NCBI GenBank assembly: GCA_000004985.1
Contig: GG738846.1
Source: Naegleria gruberi
Lineage: Eukaryota
Length of the DNA stretch: 64,000 nucleotides
Direction: 5' to 3' (one strand)
Shown: positions 9,328-19,865 of the stretch, one piece after another
How the letters are laid out: each line of letters opens with the position of its first letter
How positions within the stretch are numbered: the first letter of the stretch is position 1
Made by a program: the position numbers and the translations under genes
Notes under the pieces: model-generated
What the model was told of the DNA's origin: nothing
Database searches by the model: none
The model's input: the letters and a program-made list of their open reading frames with translations, nothing else

Positions 9328-11939
9328 TTAGTGTTCGGTTGTAATATTAATAATACTGGAGAGTCTTTCAAAAGAAGTCTTGACAAGTAAAAGTTGTGAA
9401 TGACATTGTTGAAGGCTGGTCAATTGTTGTTTATCCTCATCTGAAATATAGTCGTGTGTTGGATCTTCATCGTCATCCATAAAGTTTTCAACCCTACTCA
9501 AAAGATTACTTGCTATAGAGCATAAAATATCTTGTAAACCAATAAACTTGTTCATGATAATGAGCATTTGTTCAACTTGGAGTCGTGTATTGACTTGAGT
9601 CTTTGCAAGGAAGGCCTTTTCAGCAATGCCAGTAAGGAAAGCGTAATGGGCAGCATTTAATTGATCCAAGTCCCCATCATTATCTCTCAAGTATTTGACA
9701 TCATGAATGAATTTATCCCAAGCACACTCCATTACTTCAAACATTAAATAGAATTGTAAACTCTTCAAAAATCTACTCATATCATGTCTCAATAGAATTG
9801 AAAAGTTCAAGGCATTTGATAATTGAGAAAGAACAGTAGTCTTCTTTCTGGGAATGGAACGAATGAGTTGGACAACCTTTTTCCAATTTTCATTGAGTGA
9901 TAGTTCTACTCGCTTAATATTCCACAAGAATTTAAATATCTTGTGGTAAACCTTCATAATAGGCTTTGCTAGTATTGTATCCAATGGAACTGTAATCTTA
10001 TAATCCAGATAGAAAACATCCCATCCATTTACATCGCTAGAATTTGTATTAGAATTTGATTTACCTTCAACCTTTAGTGCAACATCCAATCTATTTAGAA
10101 CATCTTGCTCATCGAATTGGGCATTTGAACCTCTGATTGCACTCTCTAGCAGACCAAGAAGGTCATGTTTGAAAATTGCATTGGAAGGCTTTTTCAAATC
10201 ATTGCTGTTATCAGTAATGTAAGATACATTATTCGTGAAAAACTTACTTTAGCAATTCAATTAAATGTTGAATAAAATCACCCTGGCCAAGTAAAAGATA
10301 TTGTTTGATGGCATGACAATGAAGTAAAAACTTGAATTGATCAAGCATTAAGTCGATTACTCTCTTGTTGGCAACTTTTGCTACACAATCAACAACATTT
10401 TCCAACTTGGAAATATTGTGGAATCCCAGTCCATCTGTAGATGACTTGGTTGATGAATCCATTGCCCATTCAGCATCTTTACAACATTGTCTGATAAAGT
10501 TAATGGTTTTACCAGTTCTCAAAATTTTTTCTGCCAATTGCTTGTCAATATAGAGAGGGACCATATCAACATCTATACTATATTTCAGTGCCCACAGTTT
10601 ATCAATGCCAATATTCGGGTTTGACTTGATAAAGAACTCTGCGTAAGGATCTTCTAATTCTCCATCAATAACCCAAGATTTTAACATTCTAAATATTGGA
10701 GAAGAGGTATGATCTAGAATTCTAACAAATAATTGTTGAACTAGTGGATCTCCATGTTTAAGGAAAGTGAAAATAGTGGAGATCAATATGCCCCCCTTTT
10801 TAAATTTACAAGAATCTGCCAATACAGCCAAATTTTTCATAATCTCTGTTGGTTCAATAGCCCATACAGCCAATCTTCTGAAAGTCACGGGTGTATTGGT
10901 ATTCTCTTGACTTTCAATATGTGTTTCGAGTGTAGATATTGTTTTGTAATAATCCACAAGTTCCTTGTCGATGGCTGCACATAAACTCTGCACAATCAAT
11001 CCATTTGAGGTGATATTCAATGTTCCAGAATCCACAAAACTTTTTACCTTTTTGTAGAGCCAACCTAATTCTGACAACTTGCTCATTAGTAGTCGAGTAG
11101 ATTTTGGTATTCCAATTTTTGTATCTACAATATATCGTTCGCTTCCAATATCAAATTTAATGTACTTTCCATCAATTCCTTGAAAGGTGTAAATGATGTC
11201 TCTTACCAGTACAGATTCGGCAATTTCAAATTTTGTATTTTCTTGCTCACTGTACGATTGTCTGTATTGTTCAAATGTTGATGATTTAGGCCTAATTTCC
11301 TGTGATTGAAGCATTCTTGGATTTTCTTGCCTTTGTGGTGTGGTAGAGTTGAGTTTGAATAAATTGTCTTGGAATGTCATATTTAAGGATGACACAGAAT
11401 TATCTTGTTGTAAATTGAAAATTCCTAGAGAATTGAGTAAATATACTAGATTGAATTTGTTTTGAATTACAGTTTTTGAATTGAGTTTGTGATATAATTG
11501 TGAGAATTGAAAAATTGTATCCGATTTGTTTTCTCTTGCAACTATCAAAATAAAAGATAAATATTGGGATTATTCAATGTAGCTACATACGTCTCTTCTT
11601 GATAGTTTCTGTGAGCAAAATTTGATCTTGTGTTTGAACAAGGGTCGGAGAAATCCTACTTGAAAGTAATGATGATAAAAATCTCAATTGCTTATTTACA
11701 TATTGTTCATACTCTTCATCGGTTTGCATTTTACTTTTGGGAATATTAATCTTGACCAGTTTTTTCAATAAACCAATCACTTGCTGAGATGAAAGTGAAG
11801 AAGAAAGAGAAGAGTGGTTCGATCCCATCATTGTATTATATTCTGATGATCCGGAAAGTTGTTGTTGTTGTATGATTGTATTATTGCTGCTAAAATTATT
11901 CGAGTTGTTGATTGTGGGCACATTTTGTCTTGGCATCAT
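9328..11939 (-). CDS. Gamma-tubulin complex component (GCP2/GCP3, Spc97/Spc98 family). 3 exons: 11583-11939, about 10242-11533, 9328-10202.
   Basis: GRIP-like regions (LVYLLNSLGIFNLQ...; C-terminal FLTGIAEKAFLAKTQVNTRLQVEQMLIIMNKF). Introns gtatgtagc...tttgatag (~49 nt) and gtaagtttttc...aacag both keep frame. Total ~830 aa, a size compatible with a GCP3/Spc98-type protein. Confidence 0.65.
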
Positions 11940-11955
11940 TTTTTTTTAAATTCAA

Positions 11956-11968
11956 TTTTGGCGCCAAA
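11956..11968. promoter_or_regulatory. Perfect palindromic E2F-type site TTTTGGCGCCAAA immediately upstream of the GCP gene start
   Basis: Sequence ttttggcgccaaa lies 17 bp upstream of the ATG at 11939 (minus-strand gene). Matches the TTTSSCGC consensus on both strands. Confidence 0.4.
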
Positions 11969-12126
11969 TATTATTTTAAATTTAATAAAAACAATTAATC
12001 AATCATTGATTTAACAATTTTTATTTCTGAGATAATTGTAAAAGATTAAATTCGGAAATCAACCGAAATTAATGAAGAACAAGAACTGTCACCAATCAAG
12101 TTTCCTTCAGTGAATTTTAAAAAAAA

Positions 12127-12820
12127 ATGGCTAAACACTTTCCTACTCAGTTTGGATCCACTTCTTCACGAGACGATTTTACTAACGATCTACACTTTGT
12201 AAAAGCATTCAAGAGGGAAGAAAAAAAAACACCATTATTCTGTGCGAATGATTTTCTCACATTACGAAATGGTGACGTTATTAAAATTAAAATTATTAAA
12301 GTATGTTGATGGATGAATTAATAATTCTAAACTAGAGTCGTACAGGGTGAGGAACTTGTAGTTTGTGATATAAATGGAAAGGCTGGTAAGTTTGGAATTT
12401 ATTGGTGTCAGTGTGTTTATCTTTTTGAAATTAATTTATGCAAATGGAATTACTTTGTTAGATCCATGGTAAGTTTGTAATTCATTGGTTAATGTTTATT
12501 TGGAATGAATTTGGAAAAGGTGTCAGATATATGTCAAGGGATTTAATGAAACACCCTCTACAAGTGTTGTTAAAAAGACTTTGAATCCTGTTTGGGATGA
12601 AAGTTTTTCATTTATAGTGACTGATAGTGAGCTTCTTTCTGTGGATATTGTATTTAGAGTGATGGATAGAGATATGTTTTCCGATGATTTTATGGGTCAA
12701 TCGGTTGTATATTTAACTAGGAAAGATTTTTCTCTGAATTGTTTCAAGAATTTCACTTTACCGTTGGTGGGTGTTGATCATGGATTGTTACACGTGTCAA
12801 TAGGTGTTTTTAGAGATTAA
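12127..12820 (+). CDS. Small C2-domain protein. About 4 exons: 12127-12300, about 12342-12381, a possible 7-nt micro-exon near 12458-12464, and 12516-12820.
   Basis: C-terminal exon encodes a C2-like fold (VVKKTLNPVWDESFSFIVTD...VMDRDMFSDDFMGQSVVYL). Donors gtatgt and gtaagt. AAAAATG start. Confidence 0.55.
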
Positions 12821-13399
12821 CAGATTATAGTTTTAGAAAATCATCCTTAATGTTAACTAATTTTACAAATACAACAATCTAACAATTTTAAGCAATATTT
12901 TATTAATACATTGGATGTAGATCAATTTGGCCTTCATCTGCAGAATCTGCCAAATTAAAGTATTTGGAAGCTGTATTAGGAGTACTCTTCATCATGGTCG
13001 TTCTCCTATTTTCACCAGCACTTGCTATGGAACTACTTGGGCTTGAACCTAGTTCTTCTTCGACAATGGTTTGGAAATCTTTTTGGTCAACCTGTATTCT
13101 TAATTGCTTCTTTTTAGGTATATCTTTTTTGTTAGGGATAACCTTATTCTTAGGTGTATTTTTTACAGAGGATTGATTTTGCCTAGTTGGTGGAGCAGAT
13201 GATGGCCTAGTACCTCTTTTCTCATTCTTTGGAAGAACGCTCTTATAGTAACCAACAACTCCAGCTGCCTTTTTCTTATTGAAATTATCTATTGGATGAG
13301 GATAAGAGTAGCCTTTTCCTTCCTTATTTACAACCATTGAATTTCTCTTTGTTTCCTCAGCAAATTCATCCAGCTCCTTATCAGGTAGAAACTCGTACT
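12591..13399. repeat. Copy 1 of a ~808-bp near-identical (~99%) segmental duplication (copy 2 at 14182-14989)
   Basis: Direct comparison shows only a few substitutions (e.g. gtattagg vs gtaccagg; gccttttcc vs gccctttcc). Covers the 3' end of the C2 gene and the 3' end of a convergent minus-strand gene. Confidence 0.85.
12903..13397 (-). pseudogene. Truncated paralog (the C-terminal 144 codons) of the 14494-15576 gene; upstream sequence diverges at 13399
   Basis: The 144-aa ORF is identical except for one residue to the C-terminus of the 360-aa protein at 14494-15576. It lacks that gene's N-terminal 216 codons. The upstream ORF (13328-13540) is in a different frame. Confidence 0.45.
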
Positions 13400-13656
13400 A
13401 TTTGAATAATCAAAATCAATAACTTCATCTTGTTGTTCCATCTTTCTTCGTTGTTGATCCTCTCCCATTCTATTTAAACTCGATAGAACAGAAACCAAAG
13501 GTTTGGTTTTCATAACTGGTTCAACAAGACTGTTAGTCATTTATAAGAATACTATCAAAAACCCTTACTACTTACATTTCATCATCTTCTTCCACCAACA
13601 GTGGTTGCCAATTTTGCACTGCAGGGGCAACATATTCACTAGCTGGAGAAAACATT
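13328..13656 (-). CDS. Hypothetical small chimeric ORF. Exon 1 is about 13572-13656 (MFSPASEYVAPAVQNWQPLLVEEDDEM). After a gtaagtagtaagg intron, an exon reads into the duplicated segment out of frame with the paralog ORF.
   Basis: ATG plus a GTAAGT donor on the minus strand. The ORF ends at 13328. May be a young chimeric gene or non-functional. Confidence 0.25.
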
Positions 13657-13693
13657 TTTTTTAAATTTAAAAATGTAGATTTGAGGCGGGAAA

Positions 13694-13707
13694 TTTTGGG
13701 CGCCAAA
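13694..13707. promoter_or_regulatory. E2F-like site TTTTGGGCGCCAAA in the divergent promoter between the 13656(-) and 13873(+) genes
   Basis: GCGCCAAA is a perfect half-site; the other half has one extra G. Confidence 0.35.
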
Positions 13708-13872
13708 CATTAATTGGTATATAAATAAAAAAAATGGTCAACAATCTGGTGCTTGTATCATAACAAAGTTGTTCTTCATTGGTTGATATTTCCTAATCCC
13801 AAAAGATAGCATTCATAACAATTGGTGGTATACCAGGGCGGAGTTTGTTTCAGGAATTATTAATCAAAAAAA

Positions 13873-14131
13873 ATGAAAGCCCCTGTCCTTGCTGTTTTCG
13901 TTCTGTTTTTGATGATGGTAATAGTTTCTGCTCGGAGCGCAGAAGGAAGAAGTAACAAACTATCATCTTCTCTTCTTCGTGATCGTAATATTGGTTACAA
14001 GAGAGATTTGGAAAAATTTCAAAGGAGAATTGACAGACTCAAAGAACAACTCGAGTTCTTTGCTGAAAGTGACAGTGAAGGTCTATCCGAAAGAGATTTC
14101 TTACGTAAATTTTACTTGTCAACTGGAGGTC
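13873..14131 (+). CDS. Secreted or coiled-coil protein, N-terminal part (signal peptide MKAPVLAVFVLFLMMVIVSARSAEG); the ORF runs into an assembly gap
   Basis: AAAAATG start. Hydrophobic signal-peptide-like N-terminus. Truncated by the N-run at 14132. Confidence 0.4.
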
Positions 14132-14181
14132 NNNNNNNNNNNNNNNNNNNNNNNNNNNNNNNNNNNNNNNNNNNNNNNNNN
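14132..14181. other. Assembly gap (50 N)
   Basis: Run of n. Confidence 1.
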
Positions 14182-14411
14182 TTTGGGATGAAAGTTTTTC
14201 ATTTATAGTGACTGATAGTGAGCTTCTTTCTGTGGATATTGTATTTAGAGTGATGGATAGAGATATGTTNTCAGATGATTTTATGGGTCAATCGGTTGTA
14301 TATTTAACTAGGAAAGATTTTTCTCTGAATTGTTTCAAGAATTTCACTTTACCGTTGGTGGGTGTTGATCATGGATTGTTACACGTGTCAATAGGTGTTT
14401 TTAGAGATTAA
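14182..14411 (+). CDS. 3' fragment of a C2-domain coding exon (duplicate of 12591-12820), preceded by the gap
   Basis: Identical protein tail ...VGVDHGLLHVSIGVFRD. Contains one n at 14270. Confidence 0.45.
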
Positions 14412-14989
14412 CAGATTATAGTTTTAGAAAATCATCCTTAATGTTAACTAATTTTACAAATACAACAATCTAACAATTTTAAGCAATATTTTATTAATAC
14501 ATTGGATGTAGATCAATTTGGCCTTCATCTGCAGAATCTGCCAAATTAAAGTATTTGGAAGCTGTACCAGGAGTACTCTTCATCATGGTCGTTCTCCTAT
14601 TTTCACCAGCACTTGCTATGGAACTACTTGGGCTTGAACCTAGTTCTTCTTCGACAATGGTTTGGAAATCTTTTTGGTCAACCTGTATTCTTAATTGCTT
14701 CTTTTTAGGTATATCTTTTTTGTTAGGGATAACCTTATTCTTAGGTGTATTTTTTACAGAGGATTGATTTTGCCTAGTTGGTGGAGCAGATGATGGCCTA
14801 GTACCTCTTTTCTCATTCTTTGGAAGAACGCTCTTATAGTAACCAACAACTCCAGCTGCCTTTTTCTTATTGAAATTATCTATTGGATGAGGATAAGAGT
14901 AGCCCTTTCCTTCCTTATTTACAACCATTGAATTTCTCTTTGTTTCCTCAGCAAATTCATCCAGCTCCTTATCAGGTAGAAACTCGTAC
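14182..14989. repeat. Copy 2 of the ~808-bp segmental duplication
   Basis: Near-identical to 12591-13399. Begins exactly at the gap edge. Confidence 0.85.
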
Positions 14990-15576
14990 ATATAATCAGG
15001 TATTCTTTCACTTGCAATTTTATAGTACTCTCTTGTCTTGGCTGTCAAATCTTTGATGGATTCTAGTTGATCCGCGAGAAGGGTAAACGTTGTTCTCTTA
15101 TCTCTTACAACTTGGTCATCATCAGGTATTTGAGAAAGTTGGGTGTGAATTTTGGAATAGGATAATTCAGCCATCTTTAACAATGAGTCGAGTTCTCCTG
15201 GTGTTGAAAGGGCAGCTACTTCATGTGGTTGTACATCTACTAGGGCTAGTTTTTTCTCTATTGGCAGAGGCTTTACTCTGAAGTAATTGAAATCTTGCAG
15301 AATTTCATTAAGGTAGTGATATGTCTTCGGTTTTAGAGGGGAGGACACTGATTTTCTCAGCTTGACTGATGCAGTCACCGTAGACTTTTGTCGTTTCTTC
15401 TCCTTCTTTCTTATGAGACGTTTCATTTTCATTTCAATTGCAAAGGCATCCTTCTTTTTGGCAAAAATTTCCTCAATATTATTCTTTAGATCCTTCTTTT
15501 TAAATTCCTCCTCTGCTATGGTTTTTTTCACTTCTATTGAAGGTATTTTCCTTCCCCTTTGTTTACTAGCGTCCAT
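14494..15576 (-). CDS. Hypothetical 360-aa basic K/E-rich protein, single exon
   Basis: ATG verified at 15574-15576 (MDASKQRGRK). Charged N-terminal region then a P/S/K-rich tail. Its last 144 aa are duplicated at 12903-13337. Confidence 0.55.
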   Translation of the reverse strand: MDASKQRGRKIPSIEVKKTIAEEEFKKKDLKNNIEEIFAKKKDAFAIEMKMKRLIRKKEKKRQKSTVTASVKLRKSVSSPLKPKTYHYLNEILQDFNYFRVKPLPIEKKLALVDVQPHEVAALSTPGELDSLLKMAELSYSKIHTQLSQIPDDDQVVRDKRTTFTLLADQLESIKDLTAKTREYYKIASERIPDYMYEFLPDKELDEFAEETKRNSMVVNKEGKGYSYPHPIDNFNKKKAAGVVGYYKSVLPKNEKRGTRPSSAPPTRQNQSSVKNTPKNKVIPNKKDIPKKKQLRIQVDQKDFQTIVEEELGSSPSSSIASAGENRRTTMMKSTPGTASKYFNLADSADEGQIDLHPMY

Positions 15577-15623
15577 GGCCAGATCTGCGAGTATACTCTG
15601 ACTACCAATGGAAGTAGCAACTT

Positions 15624-15673
15624 NNNNNNNNNNNNNNNNNNNNNNNNNNNNNNNNNNNNNNNNNNNNNNNNNN
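15624..15673. other. Assembly gap (50 N)
   Basis: Run of n. Confidence 1.
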
Positions 15674-15674
15674 A

Positions 15675-15935
15675 ACTGGAATTGCTGATTCTTTACAAAG
15701 TGTCATGATTATTAATTTGGCATTCAATGCAATTGGAGGTCAAATTCCAAAAGAGTATGGTGAAATACCCTCACTAACTGGAATCCATTTAGGAAGCAAT
15801 CATTTCGAAGGATTATTGCCTTCAGGTCTCTGCCGTGTATTGTCCTGTGACTGTTACAATAATCCAAAACTATTGTGCCCAGCCGATAATTGTAATAATA
15901 ACCATTGTAACATTACCTTTTTTCAAAATTTGTAA
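15675..15935 (+). CDS. C-terminal fragment of an extracellular-type LRR protein (plant-like LRR consensus ..NAIGGQIPKEYGEIPSLTGIHLGSNHFEGLLPSGL then a Cys-rich tail); 5' part lost in the gap
   Basis: The frame is open from the gap edge (TGIADSLQSVMIINLAFNAIGGQIP...). LxxLxLxxNxFxGxLP pattern. Cys-rich cap CDCYNNPKLLCPADNCNNNHC. Confidence 0.4.
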   Translation, partial: TGIADSLQSVMIINLAFNAIGGQIPKEYGEIPSLTGIHLGSNHFEGLLPSGLCRVLSCDCYNNPKLLCPADNCNNNHCNITFFQNL

Positions 15936-16133
15936 ATAATGGTGGTCAACTTGAGTATTTCATTTTCAGTAAATGGGATTGTCACAAAGTTTGCAATTTA
16001 CCAGAATTTTTTTTAAAAATGATAACAATTTTATCCTCAAAAAAGGACGTTAAGTGCCAACCTTAATACCTCAAGTTACTATTAAACAACACAGCTGTTA
16101 AAAAATGAACGATATAGAATTGAGATGAAAAGT

Positions 16134-18976
16134 TTAATTGTTATTCAACCCTCTTTGTGAAAAGTAGTGATGTTTTAAAATAGAGCCAGCATCTGGTCGT
16201 CTTTCTGGATCCTTCTCCAACATGCTAAACACCAACTCCACCAACTCTAATGAATAGATCTGTAAACTAATCTTCTCCTTTAATATTTGTTTGACAGTTT
16301 CAGAATCCTTTAACATGTACATTTGATTGATGGAAGTTGTTGTATCATGAGATAGAATCTGGTATAGAGTAACTCCCAAACTGAATATATCAGTTTTATG
16401 ATCACATGAAATTCCACACAACAATTCTGGTGAAATATACAATGGAGTTCCAGCTAATGAAAAACTGGTTGATTGTTTTGAGTTTTTTGCCAAACCAAAA
16501 TCAGCAATGATAATGTCAATGGCTGAATCATTCATTTTCTGAATGAAAATATTGGAAGGTTTAATATCTCTGTGAATAACTCTGATTTAGTGTTAAATCC
16601 ACATATTTTAATATGTTTCTAAACTTACCCAAAGTTGATGAAAATATAATCCAAGGCACTACATGATTGAAATAATATTTGAGCAATTAAAAGTTCTGAA
16701 CAAAATTTGGATCCAGTAATGAGTCTATTCAAATCACCCATCTCATAATAAGTCATATCAATACATAGAATTTGACCATTTCCAATAAAGAAATCATTCA
16801 CTTTGAGAACATTTGGGTGATTCATCTTTAAAAGTTGAATTCCTTCTCTCATAGCCACGTTCAAATCTTCATGGTTATCAAATCTAACCACTTTGATTGC
16901 TTTGACTTCATTATTACATTTAGTGTCATTCACTTTAAACACACTTCCACCTTGTCCAATCTTTACCAAATTTGTATATCTATCCATTGGATCATTTTGA
17001 GATTCTTTTGAAGATGAAGTATATTGAGAAGGGAAATCAGAAATCATTGTTGATTGTGTGAATGATTTTAATTCTTCTTCCGAAGGATTCACCGTATCAA
17101 TGTTCAAAGTTGCTTCCTTTGCTCTATTTCTATTAATTAACACAATAATGATAATTACAAAAATTACAATGATTAAAATTACAATAAATAGGGTTGGAAC
17201 AAGTACTGCAACTAGTATAGTTGTTTGATCAGATTGAGCACTAAGATTTGTTCCATTATTTTGCTTATTAATTGCTGAGCAATCCTTATTATAAGTTGTT
17301 ACATCTGATGTTGGACATGTACAAGTGTCAGGAGCTGTACATTCACCAATACTTGAACAAACCAGTCTACTACTAGAAGAAACTCCAAAACAATTAAATG
17401 TTTCACAATCAGCTCCACTATAACCTGTCTGACATGAACAATTGTTTGGTGCAATGCAATTTCCTTTTGAGGAACATACGTTTACATCTGTTTTGAGTAT
17501 ATTATTACATTTAAACATGCTACATGTGGAATTTAGATATCCACTATTACAAGTACATTCATCTTTGGCAGTACATTTACCAAAACCTGAACAAACATTT
17601 GGTTGACTATTTGATATTCCAAAACATGAATATTCCTGACAATACGACCCATTATAATGATCTTGACATGAACAAGCATTATATGCATAACAAAATCCAT
17701 GTGAAGAACAAACACCTGAACTGTCATATCTTACTCCATTGCAATTAAATAAATTACAACTAGTTCCATATCCAAAATATCCTTCAAAACAATTACAATC
17801 ACTTCCTGATTGAGTAGAATTTAAAGGACATGGTACAATTTTTCTAATATAATTATAATTAGTGTCTGCAATAAATATTTCACCCAATTGATTGATTGAA
17901 ACTCCATGAGGTGATAAATTTGTAGAATTTCCCAATAAACCATCCCCATTGAAAAGTTGATTTCCTGTTCCAGCAAATGTTGAAATAATTCCACTTGTTG
18001 AAATCTTTCTAACTCTGAAATTGACTGAATCTGCAAAAAATACTTCACCCAATTGATTTACTGTAATTCCTCTAGGTGAAAATATCTTTGCCATTGTTCC
18101 TAATATTCCATCTCCATTGTAACCATTTGAACCTATTCCAGCAATTGTGGTAATCGTACCATTTGTCAATATTTTACGAATTCTAGAATGAGAGAGAACT
18201 GAAATGTATACTTGACCTATTTGGTCAACTGCAACACCTGTAGGAGAACAAATATTTGCATTAGTTGCTAAAATACCATCTCCATTAAAATCACATGATC
18301 CTGTTCCAGCAATTGTTGTAATGGTACCATTTGTCAAAATTTTACGAATTCTATTATTTCCAGTATCTTTCCAAATTTAACAGTTAAAAGTTCAACAATA
18401 ATACCTACCTGCAATTATAACTTCTCCCAATTGACTAATAGCAACTGCATTTGGATTTTTAACATTGGCACTTGTTGACGGAATAAAATCACCATTATAG
18501 GCTCCATCTCCAACACTAGTCCCAGCAATTGTTGTTATGGTACCATTTGTCAATATTTTACGAATCCTATTTCCAAATTCAGCAATAATAATTTCACTCA
18601 GTTGACTAACAGCAATATCATAGGGATAGTAAAGTTGGGCATTGGTAGCTAGTATGTTATCACCATTATATCCAGCAGTACCAGTTCCAGCAATTGTTGT
18701 TATTGTGCCATTAGTTAAAATCTTTCGAATACGATGATTGCTCGTATCTGATATCAGAATCTCCCCAGTTGATTCGAGAAAGGCAACAGATGAAGGTGAA
18801 TTTAGAGTTGCAGATGATGCCAACATGTAATCTCCATTGTAAACACTTGAACCCGTTCCAGCAATTACTTTCAAATAGTTTCCAACTCCAAAAGTTGTTT
18901 GTTGTGCTGTGCTTGTTTCAACAACCAACCATGCAGAAAGTAGAAGCAAGCACATGTAAATGATTTGTCGAAACAT
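16134..18976 (-). CDS. Receptor-like Ser/Thr protein kinase: signal peptide, NHL repeats, EGF-like Cys-rich repeats, TM, then kinase domain. 3 exons: about 18410-18976, 16629-18362, 16134-16584.
   Basis: N-terminal MFRQIIYMCLLLLSAWLVVETSTAQ. Repeated ..GTGxxGYNGDG.LAT.A.L..P.GVAV..LGEV.IAD..N.RIRKI (NHL-like) 6-7 times. Cys-rich CxxxxxCxCxxGYxGxxC units. TM LVAVLVPTLFIVILIIVIFVIIIIVLI. Kinase motifs GQGGSVFKV, KAIK, HRDIKPSNIF, DFGLAK, GTPLYISPE. Introns gtaggt...ggaaag and gtaagttt...aatcag keep frame. Confidence 0.7.
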
Positions 18977-19865
18977 TTTTTTATAAAGATGGATCTTGTT
19001 TTTTAATTATTGTGTTGCTACTGTACAGTAGCTCTTGGTATACCAACGAGTGTGACTCTTTGTTTTACACATAGCCTGTTATGTTCTAAATTGATCCTTG
19101 TCAGTTTACAATTTGTCTTATGCGTGCTATTAAATAGACCTTAACATCTCTCTTACAGGTGTCTCTTCGTTCATATTCAATTTATTCAGCCAATTCTGTC
19201 ACTGATGATACTATGAAGGTTATGTTGACACAAGCGGCTACTTTTTGAATGGTAAGCTTCCTTGTTTGCTGGTTCTTCTTTCAATAACACAGTTGTGTTT
19301 TCTCTACTGTTTGTGGTGCTGCTGTGGATATTATTTAGATTATGAAAAATTTGCACTGTTGGATTGTTCTATAACAAGATTGTCACAGTATCTTGTGAAT
19401 AAATACAGGGTTGTTATTGTTGACAATTTGGCAATCATCAGTGATGACACAGTATTTTTTGAATTCTTGAATGCGCTGTCCATTTTCATCAAAAACTACT
19501 TCATCTTAAGGGTTAACTTAAATTACGTAATTTTGGAATTGCTCTCAAATTAGAACCAAAGCCAATATCTCTTTTCCAACTCGAACATTTTTTGACATTT
19601 GACCTTAATTGTTTCATGAATCTAAAATCTACAAGAGATGTTTTTGTAAAATTGATATGGGAGTACCAATAACAAAATTGGACAAATCGCAACACATCTC
19701 TATTTTCTTCCTGGTTATTTGGCTGGTTATTGGATATTAAAACTGATGAAAGCACGGAATCTGAAATTTGAATCTTGGAAATGATTGGAGCGGAAAGCTT
19801 CCCTCTGAAGTGTTGTTGAACATAACAACAGTAAACATCAATAAAGTTCAAAAAAACGAAACTAA

